In this document: in pieces, positions 1 to 11,364 of the stretch
How the letters are laid out: every line of letters begins with the position of its first letter
Numbering within the stretch: position 1 is the stretch's first letter
Assembly: GCF_036321535.1 (NCBI RefSeq)
Contig: NC_087437.1
Location: 10,604,001-10,668,000, forward strand
Length of the DNA: 64,000 bases
Origin: Camelus dromedarius
Taxonomy: Eukaryota
Direction: 5' to 3'
Made by a program: the position numbers and the translations under genes
Notes under the pieces: generated by a model
Databases searched by the model: none
What the model was told of the DNA's origin: nothing
What the model saw: only the letters and a program-made list of their open reading frames with translations

Positions 1-950
1 GTATTGCCCTGTAATTTTTTGTTTTTGGTAGCTTGTCTGGATTTGGTATCAGGGTGATGATGGCTTCATAGAATGAGTTTGGGAATGAGAATTTGAGAAA
101 GATTGGTATAAGTTCTTATTTATATGTTTTGTGGAATTCCCCAGTGAAGCCATCTGGTCCTGGACTTTTGTGTGCAGGGAGGTCTTTTTTGATTAGATTG
201 CATTTCACTTCTAGTGATCAGTCTGTTCAAATTATCTATTTTGTTTTGATTCAGTTTTGGTGGACTTTTTGTTTCTAGAAACTTGTCCATTTCTTCTAGG
301 CTGTCCAGTTTCTTGCCATATAATTGTTCATACTATCTTCTTATGGTTTTTTTGTGTATCTGGTATTGGTTGTTATTTCTCCTCTTTCATTTCTTGTTTT
401 GTTTATTTGGGTCCTCTCCCTTTTCTTCTTGTGAGCCTGGCCAGAGGTTTGTCAATTTTGTTTACTGTTTCTGAAAACCAGCTCTTGGTTTTATTGATTT
501 TTTTTCTATTTTTAAAAAATCTCTTTTATTTATTTCCTCTCGGACGTTTATTATTTCTTTTCTTCTGCTGACTTTAGGTTTTGTTTGTTCTTCTTTTTAA
601 AATTCTTTTAGGTGGTAGGTTAGGTTGTTTATCTGAGGTTTTTTAAAATTTGTTTTATGATGTGTTGCTGTATCACAGTGAACTTTCCTCTTAGGAGTAC
701 TTTTGCCATATCCCATAGATTTTGTGTAGTTGTTTTCATTGTTAATTGTCTCAGGGGATTTTTTAATTTCCTCTTTGATTTCATTGTTGACCCATTCATT
801 TTTTAGGTACATGTTGTTTAGTCTCCATGAAGTCATTTTTTTTTTTTCCCCTCATTTCTCTTTCTGTAGTTGGTTTCTAGTTTCATTTTGTTCTGGGTGG
901 AAAAGAAGCTTGAAATAATTTCTATCCTCTTAAATTTGTTGGGGCTTGTT
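1..950 (-). mobile_element. LINE-1 ORF2 fragment (linker between endonuclease and reverse transcriptase), degenerate, cut by the window start
   Basis: Minus ORF 597-836 (TSWRLNNMYLKNEWVNNEIKEEIKK...INNLTYHLKE) matches the L1 ORF2p WKLNNLLLN..WV.NE.K.EIK motif. The minus strand near 100-170 reads KSPGPDGFTGEF. Frameshifts are present. Confidence 0.95.
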
Positions 951-959
951 TATGAGTCA

Positions 960-2460
960 TACACATTTTTGGTGACTTAACATAATGTTCTCCAAGGTTC
1001 ACTATTCAGCGAGGTTATGCATTTACCCTGTGATTAGCCAAGGGCTTGTAGCACAGAATGGCCCTCTCTGGTTGTTTCTCAGAGGGCACAGCTTTGGTCC
1101 CATGCTATACGCATGGGACCAACAGGGATAATGGTAGTTTTAGTGGGTTCTCTTTGACTGCCCTCCCCATCACTCACAGTCTCCTGCCTCTTCAGTTCTA
1201 TTATCATCGCACTCAGCTGTTAGCCTCCTCTAATTCCTAGCTGTATTTGTTTTCTAGGGCTGCTGTAGCAAATTACCACAAAGTAGGTGACTTAAAACAG
1301 TAGGATTTTATTGTCTCACAGTTTTGAAGTCTAGAAGTCCACAATCAAGTTGTACCCAGGGTCATCCTCCCTCTGAAACCTGTAGGGAGAATCCTTCCTT
1401 GCCTCTTCTCGCTTCTGGTGTTTGCCAGCAGTCCTTGGCATTCGTTATCTTCTTAATGCAGCACTCCGATCTCTGCTTTTGTCTTCACATGGCTGTCTGT
1501 CCTTACATGTCTTTCTCCACATGGTGTTCTCCTCTGTGTGTGTGTGTGTCCGTGTCCAGATTTCTCTCCTCTTGTAAGGACACCAGTCATGTTGGATTAG
1601 GGTTCACTCTGATGACCTTATCTTTAACTTAATTGCATCTACAAAGGTCATGTTTCCCAGTGAGGTCACATTCACAGATGGGAGGTTTTTAGGACATCAA
1701 CCTTTTGGAGGACACAGTTAAACCCCCAGTAGTAGCTGATTTGCTCTTTTGTTTTCAGTAATGCTCTGGGGCATACACATTGCTGCACCTTCTGATCCAA
1801 ATGATGTCTGGCTCCTTGGCCAGAATCTGGATGCTGCCAGTCTTTGAAGCTTGCATAGACACTCCTGGGCTTAGATCTGTGGGTCAGTCACTGGAGCGTG
1901 ATGAAGGGCTCACTCTTTACCAGCTCTCCACCTGGGTCTTCCTGTGTATATGTTTGTGTGTGAAGGGGATGGAAGCTGGTGCTGCCATCTAGAAAGATCT
2001 TGCACAGCCCACATCTGGTAGTGGGAATCAGGAATGGTGAGATGGTGCTGCCTGGCTGCCACCACCTCCTTGGTGTAGGGCTTCTTCAGCGGAGAACCAA
2101 GGGAAATGGTATCTGCTGATGGTAACCAGCCGTCAGACCCATCAGGAACAGCTCTTCCACTGAAGGGCTCTGTGGGGATGAGCCGCCTGAAACAGGTCTT
2201 CCTAGCACAGAGTTGTGGGGGGATCAGGGGTGGACTCTGGCTGGAATACCGTGGCCTCCCACTGTTACTACTGAGCATTCACAAATTTTGTTAGATAAAT
2301 GCTTTGCAGTTTGTTGCAAGCCCTTTGGTTAATCTACAGAGACTCTGAATCATTGTCTTTGCTAATTTTGGCCAGATTAATAAATGGGGTGTGTGTGGGA
2401 GTATGTGTGCGTGGCCGTGCTGAAGGTGGGGGAGGTTCTCTGAACTCTCCATACAGCTCT
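960..2460 (-). mobile_element. Ancient L1M-type 5'-region relic, interrupted by the MLT1C LTR
   Basis: 2270-2460 (ataaatgctttgcagtttgttgcaagccctttggttaatctacagagactctgaa) resembles antisense old L1M 5' ends. Boundaries are approximate. Confidence 0.45.
1242..1731 (-). mobile_element. MaLR solo LTR, MLT1C-like
   Basis: Begins tgtatttgttttctagggctgctgtagcaaattaccacaaa, contains aggacaccagtcatgttggattaggg and ends gacacagttaaacccccagta. Flanked by ctagc (1237-1241) and gtagc (1732-1736), consistent with a 5-bp TSD. Confidence 0.9.
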
Positions 2461-3216
2461 TTACAAAGTCTTGACCCTATGAGTCATTTTAATTCAGCAT
2501 CTTTGAGAGTGTGATAGTGAGACAGAGACAGGAGGAATGCATAGAACTCTTCAAGGAGTTTAGGCTGTAGAGAGATGATTTCCATTAGTGCTGGTGTTAT
2601 TTTTCAACATATTCACCTATCGAAAACTTTTACAACCCTTTGTTAAAATGATTGGAATTGTCTCTTACATGATTTAATAGCCTTTATTTTTACACCTACA
2701 TAGAAAACATTTAAAAATAAATGGCTTGAGAAGAATGTGAATAAAGTTTCATTTCACTAAGTAAAATTTTACTTGGAATATATAATGGCCTAATTATATA
2801 ATCTAAGTCTTCATTTCATTGAAAGCTGGAATTTTTCATAATGAACTTATAACACATCACTTTCGTGGGTATTTATTTGATGTAAATGTCACCATCTGGC
2901 TTGCAAGTTTTTTATCTCTTTCAGTTAGTTGAAAGGGCCATCACGACATCTTGAAAGCTTTTGAAAAACTCTAAATGTATTTATGTCGGGTTAACATTCT
3001 ATAGTGATTAGTTTTAACCTAGCTGAGCTCTACACTTAGAGATTTCTGATACTGGAAGCCATTATAAATCTCTGTTATTTCTTCCAGGCCGAAGTGCTGC
3101 TTTTTAGACTGGGAAATCACTCTGACACTTCATTAACAAAAAGGAATAATCACAGAGTTTTGTTTTTCTTTCCCTAAGTTCCCAGGAAGCTAGCCAGTCT
3201 TTTATTCAAATTTCCC

Positions 3217-4064
3217 TTTTTTTAAAACATTTTTTTATTGAATTATAGTCATTTTACAATGTTGTGTCAAATTCCAGTGTAGAGCACAAGTTTTCAGTTA
3301 TACATGAACATACATATATTCATTGTCACATTTTTTTTTTTTTGCTGTGAGCTACCACAAGATCTTGTATATATTTCCCTGTGCTATACAATATAATCTT
3401 GTTTATTCCACATTTTGAAATCCCAGTCTGTCCCTTCCCACCCCCGCCCCCTTGGCAACCACAAGTTTGTATTCTATGTCTATGAGTCTGTTTCTGTTTT
3501 GTATTTATGTTTTGTTTTGTTTTGCTTTAGATTCCTCATATGAGCGATCTCATATGGTATTTTTCTTTCTCTTTCTGGCTTACTTCACTTAGAATGACAT
3601 TCTCCAGTTACATCCATGTTGCTGCAAATGGTGTTATGTTGTTGGTTTTTATGGCTGAATAGTATTCCATTGTATAAATATACCACTTCTTCTTTATCCA
3701 GTCATCTGTTGATGGACATTTAGGCTGTTTCCATGTCTTGCTTATTGTAAATAGTGCTGCTGTGAACATTGGGGTGCAGGTGTCATTTTGAAGTAGGGTT
3801 CCTTCTGGATATATGCCCAGGAGCGAGATTCCTGGATCATATGGTAAGTCTGTTCCTAATCTTTTCAGGAATCTCCATACTGTTTTCCACAGTGGCTGCA
3901 CCAAACTGCATTCCCACCAGCAGTGTAGGAGGGTTCCCTTTTCTCCACAGCGTCTCCAGCATTTGTCATTTGTGGACTTTTGAATGATGGCCATTCTGAC
4001 TGGTGTGAGATGATATCTCATTGTAGTTTTGATTTGCATTTCTCTGATAATTAGTGATATTGAG
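3217..4064 (-). mobile_element. Young 5'-truncated LINE-1 3' end (camelid L1-like) with ORF2 C-terminus
   Basis: ORF 3608-4039 ([19 protein letters not shown]...[18 protein letters not shown]...TMEYYSAIK) is the ORF2p C-terminal CCHC region. It has a premature TAA at 3608, and the 3'UTR and A-rich tail lie toward 3217. Confidence 0.97.
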
Positions 4065-4749
4065 GGTTTTTTTTGTTGTTTTTTTTTTTTTTTTAGTGTT
4101 TTCTGTAAAGCTTTGTAGGCTCTATATCTTATTTTCTAAAACTGTAACTACCTCTCTGTATACATTCATTTATTACGAATGCTTTTCATTAGAATTTTAG
4201 AAGTTTGAACGTTAGGTTTTGCTTAGTCTCACCCACCAAATGGATAAATTAATTGAAGTACTTAGAGGTTATGTAACTTTCTAAGCCTTAGAATTTACAG
4301 ATAACTATAGGGCTAGAACAAACAGTAACACTTCCCCAAATCCATGAAGCTATGTAGTCTTCTTTTTTTTAGAAAGCTGTAGGAAATACCATGTATTTTC
4401 CTTGTAATTTAATACTATACTAATTATTTTCTCTAGCATTAATTTGGCCTCTATACCAAATAATTTGATTTTAGGCTTAACTAAGCCACGGAGAGCTGAG
4501 AATTTTGTATTTTTTTCGTAGTAGAAAACATTTCCTTGTTGCCTTTGTCAAAATTGATGTTTCAGTAAATCATAAGGAACTGTCAATAATTAGTATTAAT
4601 ATGAACATAAAATCTTATCTACATACCTCACTTAAAATTTTTTGAATCCATGAATTTGGAATTACTTAACATCAAGATTTATAAGGTCTTAATAAATTAT
4701 GATTTGCTTTGTTTATTGCTGTATCTTGATAAATAAACTTAATATATAT

Positions 4750-4860
4750 TATTATATTTGATCCTCATAGCTACCTTATAAAGACAGGTTGGACAGCTTT
4801 TATTATTTCCATTTTGTAAATGGGAAAACTGAGGTTTGGAGTTTATGTAACTTGCGTATA
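4750..4860 (-). mobile_element. MIR fragment
   Basis: Core-like ccattttgtaaatgggaaaactgaggtttggagtttatgtaacttgc. Confidence 0.75.
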
Positions 4861-5074
4861 TTTATATTTTATGACCTTGATAATTTAGTCCTATGGCTAC
4901 CTATTTCTTTTCCTGTCACTGATCAGTCATGGTCGTATTATCTTATTTTTTCCAATGAATGTAAAAGTCTTGATGATTTTTATTTTAGAGAATTTAAGAG
5001 GAATAATTTCTGTAATTTGGCATGACCCCGAAGCTAGTCCAGTAGGGGCTGGGGGTTGTATTAAACTCCTCCAA

Positions 5075-5350
5075 ATGCCAGGATTCCTTTCCTCTTCTTT
5101 CCGCAGATTCCTCTTAGTTTTAGCTCAAATGCCACCTTCTCTGTGAAGCCTGCCTTTTCTCCCAAAGGAGGCAGAACTCTCTTATTCCTCTGTGGCCTCT
5201 CTAGCACTTTGGTACCTGCCTCTGTTGGCACAAATGTTGCTTGTTGGCACCATGAGTGAGCTCATTGAAGGCAGAAGTTGTGATGTACTTCTTCACTTCT
5301 CCAGGGCCTTGCTCAGTCAGTGTTTTAAAAATCAGTGGGTGAATGAATGC
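5075..5350 (+). mobile_element. L2 3' fragment
   Basis: Contains agctcaaatgccaccttctctgtgaagcct and ends in the L2 tail gtgaatgaatg. Confidence 0.75.
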
Positions 5351-5867
5351 TACCAGCTTGACATGTGCCCATAAGCTGTGTAAACCCAGCAGTATGTACT
5401 CTCTGATTCTGGATTAACTGTGCAGTGTTAAATGTTTGTTTGACTCCTTACTGCGTGATGTTTTGTTGTTTTTTGCTGTATTAAATACTCTGGAGTCTTC
5501 AGTTGGTGCTGGGCCAGTTGATTTCTGCTCCACTTCATCACTTATGGTTATACCAGAATAGAACGGTTTCATTACAGTGTTACATTAGTTGAGTTTATGA
5601 TTTTATTAAAAATGAAAAATACTGTTCAGGACATTTAATTTTTTACACAAATGAAGTTTTGTTGCTTGAGGTCTGTCATATTTGACTAAATTTGTTTAAG
5701 AATAAAAATCTTGGCTAAACTCTGTGCCATAAGTGAATTAAAGAAAGAACAAGCTTCCTTGTGAATTATGAAGGGAACTAGAGGTGGATGCTTCCTGAAA
5801 GGTCTGGTTAGGGTCTGATTACCCAGTTCCTGTCTTTTATCTGCTTTTCTCCTCTCTCTTCTGGCAG

Positions 5868-5994
5868 CCACCTTCTGACCAACTCTACAGACATGTCAGC
5901 TGCAGTATCAGAAAGGAATAGGAAACGAAGTTCATGTCCTTCAGTTTGTTTTTCGTTAGCAGATTCCTTAAATTTTGAGTGTGAAGAAGAATGA
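5868..5994 (+). CDS. Candidate alternative terminal coding exon of an unidentified plus-strand gene (HLLTNSTDMSAAVSERNRKRSSCPSVCFSLADSLNFECEEE*)
   Basis: Long polypyrimidine acceptor ctgcttttctcctctctcttctggcag at 5867/5868, then an open frame to TGA at 5992-5994. No homology recognised. Confidence 0.25.
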
Positions 5995-6269
5995 AAATAG
6001 TTAGGATATTTGTGCCTCATCCCTATTATTTCTGCTTCCCATTATCATAGATAACAGTGACTTATCTATAATTGACTATAAGTGCAGAAAAGAAAAGTAG
6101 TTCAGAAGTACTTCCTCAACATTTTTTTTCACACCTTCCTTTTGGGAAAAGAATTAAAAAGAGAAAAGAGCTAAGTGAATTCTGATTATTTTCTTTATCT
6201 GTGGTATTTTATTTTGTTAAATTGTGTGTTAACATAATGAATAGTGGAATTGGGCTCACTTGTGAATTA

Positions 6270-6344
6270 CAGGAAGTGGCTCATATGATAAAGACTGTGG
6301 TTTTATGTCTGTTCAGCATATCAAGGTGGAACTGAAATGAAACT
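6270..6344. promoter_or_regulatory. Candidate enhancer: ETS, GATA, RUNX and ETS-IRF motif cluster
   Basis: CAGGAAGTG 6270-6278, TGATAA 6286-6291, TGTGGTT 6296-6302 and GGAACTGAAATGAAACT 6328-6344, all in non-repeat DNA. Confidence 0.4.
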
Positions 6345-7889
6345 ATAAATATTTTAGCAACGCCAGTTGCTTCTGCCACTGATCAGGACTAGTCCTAATG
6401 AAAACTAGATGTGCTGATGCAGAGTTAATGGGAAGCAGGGCAGAATGGGTTCTTATTTAGTATCAGGCAAACTTTAGCAATTTTGAGTCTGCTAGGCGCA
6501 CATTCATTCTGTTCACTAAGAATACAAATATTAGACTATTTTACTCTGAGAAATAGCCACAGTAGAGCAAGCCTTGATTTTCTTTTCTTTGGGACAAGGA
6601 TTTACATTTACTGTGTTTTGTATTTAGCAAATGTGCATGAAACAATAATAACCTGAAAAGTAAATAAAAACATTCAATTTGTATACTCTTTCCCATAGTT
6701 TACCAGTGTGATACTGGCTGGAGGAGGGGGAAAATTCTCCAGATTTTTAAGCTGCCAGGAGTATACCATACTTGCAGAAGCTTTTTCATGAACAGTGATA
6801 ACTGTTAAGATTTTACAGTTAGGATTTGAACACATATAGGTCCTTTAGTCGTCTATAGAGGATGTTAATGTATATTTAATGGGTAGCCTAAGTAATTTAC
6901 CATTATCATTCTTTTCTTGGACTTTTAAGTCCAGAGCAATAGATTTACAAATTTTAGACTTTATCCAAAGGAGTGAGAATGTTGCACTTACTTGTGTTTC
7001 CCTAAGCAGCTGTGAAAATCATCTTGAGTTAATTTATTTTCCAGCATGAAACTTGAATGAATAACTTGAATGCTTAGTTTGTGCAAGATAATGTGCTACT
7101 GTGGGAAATGTAATAATGAATCTTCACCTCCTCCATATCATTGAGCTTCAGGTCCAGTAGAGGAAAGAGAACAGTGAGGATAACTGGGGAGCCCACTAGG
7201 AGTCTCTCGTCCTGGTGTAATTTTTCACTTTCACAAGTCCTGGTTTGGATGACAAGTTAAATGGTCATCCTGTGAGTAATAAACATCAGGCTGCCTTCAA
7301 GCAGTAGGGTACTTCAGTCAAGTACGGCATTATGAAAATTTAGAGGCGGGGAGGTTGATTTAAGTGAGGGTGGGGAAAGAACAAGTGTCTTAAATTTGGA
7401 CACTTTTCGTTAGCTCCTGGTGAGGTGACAAGATTATCATTTGGTGCTTGGAAACTCCCTCATATAGCAGTAAGAATTTCCTCTCTCATTTTCATTTCTT
7501 ATAAATATATGTTTTGTAAACTGTAATCTAAAAAAAGGAGGGGCATCAACCCGTGTTTTTTCTGTTTTCATGTTTATTTTTGAGACTGTCTTTTTGAGTA
7601 GCTGCTGAGATTTTTATGTTTTTAAGTTGGTTTAAAGAGAAACACTTAAGGTGTTTCCATCCCTTGATTTTTCTAAATTACTTAATCTTACTAAAAATAT
7701 TGATTATTAAGTGAAAGGTCATAATGTCAGGTATCTTCTTTTAAAAAAAGTGTTTAGTTTTGGCTTCAAAAATTTCTCGAAGCCGTATAATGGCACATAC
7801 AGTTTAATCTGCAACATGGAATCTGATCTGCTGCTGTTGCGTTCCTTCTGTCACTGTCCACACTGTCTCACTGACGAGAAACTTTTTAG

Positions 7890-7929
7890 CCTTGTAAATA
7901 AGGAGAAACGCTTGTGTACGCCAATACAG
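7890..7929 (+). CDS. Candidate 40-nt internal exon of an unidentified plus-strand gene (LVNKEKRLCTPIQ)
   Basis: Branch-like ctcactgac, acceptor actttttag and strong donor CAG|GTAAGA at 7929/7930. One frame is open, and CpGs are retained in an AT-rich background. Confidence 0.5.
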
Positions 7930-9444
7930 GTAAGATTGCTTATTGTATTTATAGCCAGGTTTATTTGTGGCTGTGATTAGTGCTGTAGACTGTCAGTCAG
8001 GAATTTATTCTGGAATCGCTTTTTCTAGTCTTTCAGGCAATGAAGGGGTATGACTTAATTCTCTATCTTTTTTTTCCTGTCAGCCAGGCAAACGTGTGTG
8101 CTTAGTAAAACACTCATTGTCTCTTCTTCGCCATGTGTAGAAAAACCGGGACTGAATACTTGGGCGACAGAATTATATAGAATTGTTAGGTAGGCATCAG
8201 GTTGGAAGATGGGTTGGGGGCAATGCTGCAGGTAGAATCAGTCTTGCTGAAATGTAAAATGAATGGTGACCTAAATAAGAGGTGATATTCTGGTGAAATA
8301 AGCCAAAACTTTAGCTTTATTTCGTCTTATCACCCTGGGACGGCTGGACAAAATTGTATAGACTAGTGAAACCTTATGCAAGTCTGAAGGAGGCATCATA
8401 AGATTCAGAGAAAACGTCTGTGTGTAAATTGGGAGTTGGTGTGGTCTAGGAGCTTGTGAAGATGAAGTTTTCCAGGTTCTGATTTCATGAAGTGTCATTT
8501 CATTTTTCTTTTAATAGTAGTGTGTAATAATTACCTCACACTTATTAACATAAACATAGAACAGTGGTCATAGTATAAATGTTGAGGACATCACATACTT
8601 TCTTTTCTGTGATCTAATATGAAATGGAATGCAACATTTCAGAATAATTTAGTTCAGTGAAAAAGAAAAGAAAAATAAAGCATGCCAGCAATCTTGACAG
8701 GCAAGTTTCCTGATTTGTGAAATGAAATATCAGATTAGATAATCTCTAGAAGTACATTCTACCTCTCTGTCTGTGTCTGTGAGTCTACAAAGTAGCCTCT
8801 TGTTTATTATGGCTAAAATATCTTGGTCTCAGTGATCTTTGTGCACGTGTGCCATTTAAACTAAGAAATTCATACTTAAGTTCTTGCCATTCTGCCCCAG
8901 GGTTGTATTTGCTATAGCAGGTGTTGATTCCTCTTGAGAATATAACAAAATAATAATTTTTGTGAGCATTTTAGTGTTTAATGATATGAAAATTAAGGTA
9001 GGAATCCACAGACATAGGAATTTTTATGTTTGATAATAGGGAATTCCAGTTATAATTAAAAGTCAAAATTTCAGTATTATATTGAAAAGGCAAATCAAGT
9101 AGACAAATATTTATGACACTTCTAAACATGAACTCGGCTCCTTTCTCACAATGGGCATCAAAAAATTTGCTCAGTGGATGCATTTTATCAGGTGCTGCGG
9201 GGGGTGAAATTGCATATTTTCTCTTTGTGTTTGCCTTGAATTTGACAGTTAAAGGCGAATGCAGTGTTTATATTTTGCCAAAATACCAGGCAGAATAGTA
9301 GGCAGAAAATTGGTATGTAGGCGGGCAAAAGGGCAGATTCCCTGCCAAATGGCTCTAAATGAGTTGATACAAGGAATTTAAATATTACGTTTTGATGAGA
9401 GATTGTTGAATTTACTCAATGTTGTTGTTTCCTTTGGTATGCAG

Positions 9445-9800
9445 GCTAATTAGACAACAACAAGTAATTGGAGCCAGTGGCTCAGACAGCTTGACTCCGT
9501 TGGCACAAATGCTGGCGGGTGGCACAGTAGGCTTTATTGCTGGCCAGGACGACTTCCATCAAGGCTTAACCGTCAGTGTCTGCACATCACTCCTGGCCCT
9601 CTCCTGGAGAGCCTTGCCTTAAATGGGCCATACGTAACAAGAGGTGTTCCAGGAGATTCTAACTACTTTCACTGTCTGAAGTGTTGATGCAGTTTGTACT
9701 CACCCCTTTCAGTTTACTTCAGTAATTGCAGGGTTCCCCCAGTGTAGGAAAATGGAGAGATCCCCTATTTGGCAAGAATAAAAATTATTACACAGCATCC
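9445..9800 (+). other. Candidate terminal exon and 3'UTR of the plus-strand gene
   Basis: Acceptor tgttgtttcctttggtatgcag at 9444/9445. Joined to the 7890-7929 exon it reads AN* (TAG 9451-9453). AATAAA at 9777-9782 is followed by a GT-rich tract (ttctgtgttgagtggtg). Confidence 0.35.
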
Positions 9801-9831
9801 CGCTTCTGTGTTGAGTGGTGACTTACAACAG

Positions 9832-9990
9832 AACAGATGATCTTAATCTTAATTGTGCATGAAAACACCCAGGAATCTTGTTAAAAATTTAGATTCTTGT
9901 GGCACTGCACCATAAATTCCAATGCAGTGGGTGTGGGATGAAACGCTTGTAGAAGCCAGCCTTTCCCCAGCTTACCCAGAATGGAGACCG
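9832..9990. mobile_element. MER5-like hAT MITE relic
   Basis: gcatgaaaacacccaggaatcttgttaaaaatttagattct resembles MER5A. Confidence 0.5.
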
Positions 9991-11172
9991 CCTCCTAATA
10001 TATTCAGAAGTCAGATATGATTTTAAAACCAAAGTGTTTATAAACAATTTTAAACAAATTTGGTCTGTAAATATGTACCTCAGAGCCATACTTAGTACTT
10101 CCCTTTCACAGCTCTAAATACTATACTTACAGTTGCTTGAGCTCATGTCTCTATTGCTACACTTCCAGACTGCAGCAGGACTTTGAAAGCACTCTTTTAT
10201 TGTATAGAAGTAAACATTGAAAATAAGGAATCCTTAAAAGTAAATTTACTGTATGTTGCTGGCTAGGATACATTTATCCTGTAGGGGTAGATGATAACCG
10301 TCTTTAAAACTTTGACACATAATAAGTACAAGACAAATTATTTAGATAGAGTTCTGTGTTCCAAACTATATATTGAACAGGTGCACATTGCAAGGAATTG
10401 GGATTTGGGTGTCTCCTAATTGAGCAGTTTGAATTTGGATAAGGCAGAACGCCTTCCCTGGAGGTGTAGGGAGAGAGATCAAATGGCCATTTCATTGTCC
10501 AGCAACTTTCTGCGTCAGGACTGGACTAGATAAATTCTGGGGTAAATGATTTAGGAATCTAAAATGCTCTAAACTATTTAGCCATGTTTGTTTATATAGT
10601 TACTTCTTAGATCAGACCAAATTAGTACCCTAGGCTTTGAAAACATATTTGAGGTTACATAGTTATGCCCAAAGAGCTTATTTATTATTCCTCAAGAAGA
10701 ATGCATTAGATAAAAGAGGATTTATTGTTACTGAAAAAGGTTAGAGCAACATTGTTATACCACTTATTTCTAATTATCCTTCTATGATTTTGAAACACTT
10801 ATGGCTTATTTGTACAGTTGATATGTCAGTTGACCACCATGTAAAGCAGTGATTTTCAAAGGAGAATTTGCATGTAACTTAAGGAAATGTTTGGCAGATA
10901 TTAGACTAATTTTTTTTTAGAGTTTCCAAATCCAGTTTATCCTTTGATACTTTGATACCATACACAAGCTTAAGTATCTTAATGATTTGTTTTAAAAAAT
11001 CAGTGCAACTAAAAAGTTCTTTCAAGATCTAAGTGATGTCTGTTTAAAGGAAAAGTATTATCCTTTAGTTTTTCCATTTCAGGTAATAGTGATAGGACAT
11101 GCTAACATTTATTGATTACTTTATGCTAGTCATTCTCTTAAGCTTTCATTTAATCCTTAACACTGATTCATT

Positions 11173-11291
11173 TTTTTAAAACACTTTTTACTGATTTATA
11201 ATCATTTTACAATGTTGTGTCAAAGTCTAGTGTTCAGCACAATTTTTCAGTCATACATGGATGTATACACACTCATTATCACATTTTTTTC
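11173..11291 (-). mobile_element. 119-bp extreme 3' tip of a young camelid L1 with a perfect 14-bp TSD, inserted in a MIR relic
   Basis: Similar to 3217-3345 (atcattttacaatgttgtgtcaaa). AACACTGATTCATT occurs at 11159-11172 and 11292-11305. Confidence 0.92.
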
Positions 11292-11364
11292 AACACTGAT
11301 TCATTATGAAAGAAGTTAATGATTTCTTGAGTATGTACCATTCCGTTTCACTGTGTTGGATTTT

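Noticed and set aside
257..571. Hydrophobic membrane-protein-like ORFs (also 24922-25350 and similar)
   Set aside because: They are antisense translations of A-rich L1 coding sequence.
2925..2954. Possible last exon LVERAITTS* after a good acceptor
   Set aside because: It has an acceptor and nine codons only, with no independent support and a different phase from the other plus-strand candidates.
9419..9622. ORF with SLTPLAQMLAGGT resembling a mitochondrial carrier helix
   Set aside because: No PX[DE]XX[KR] signature follows, and the frame does not match the phase of the upstream candidate exon.
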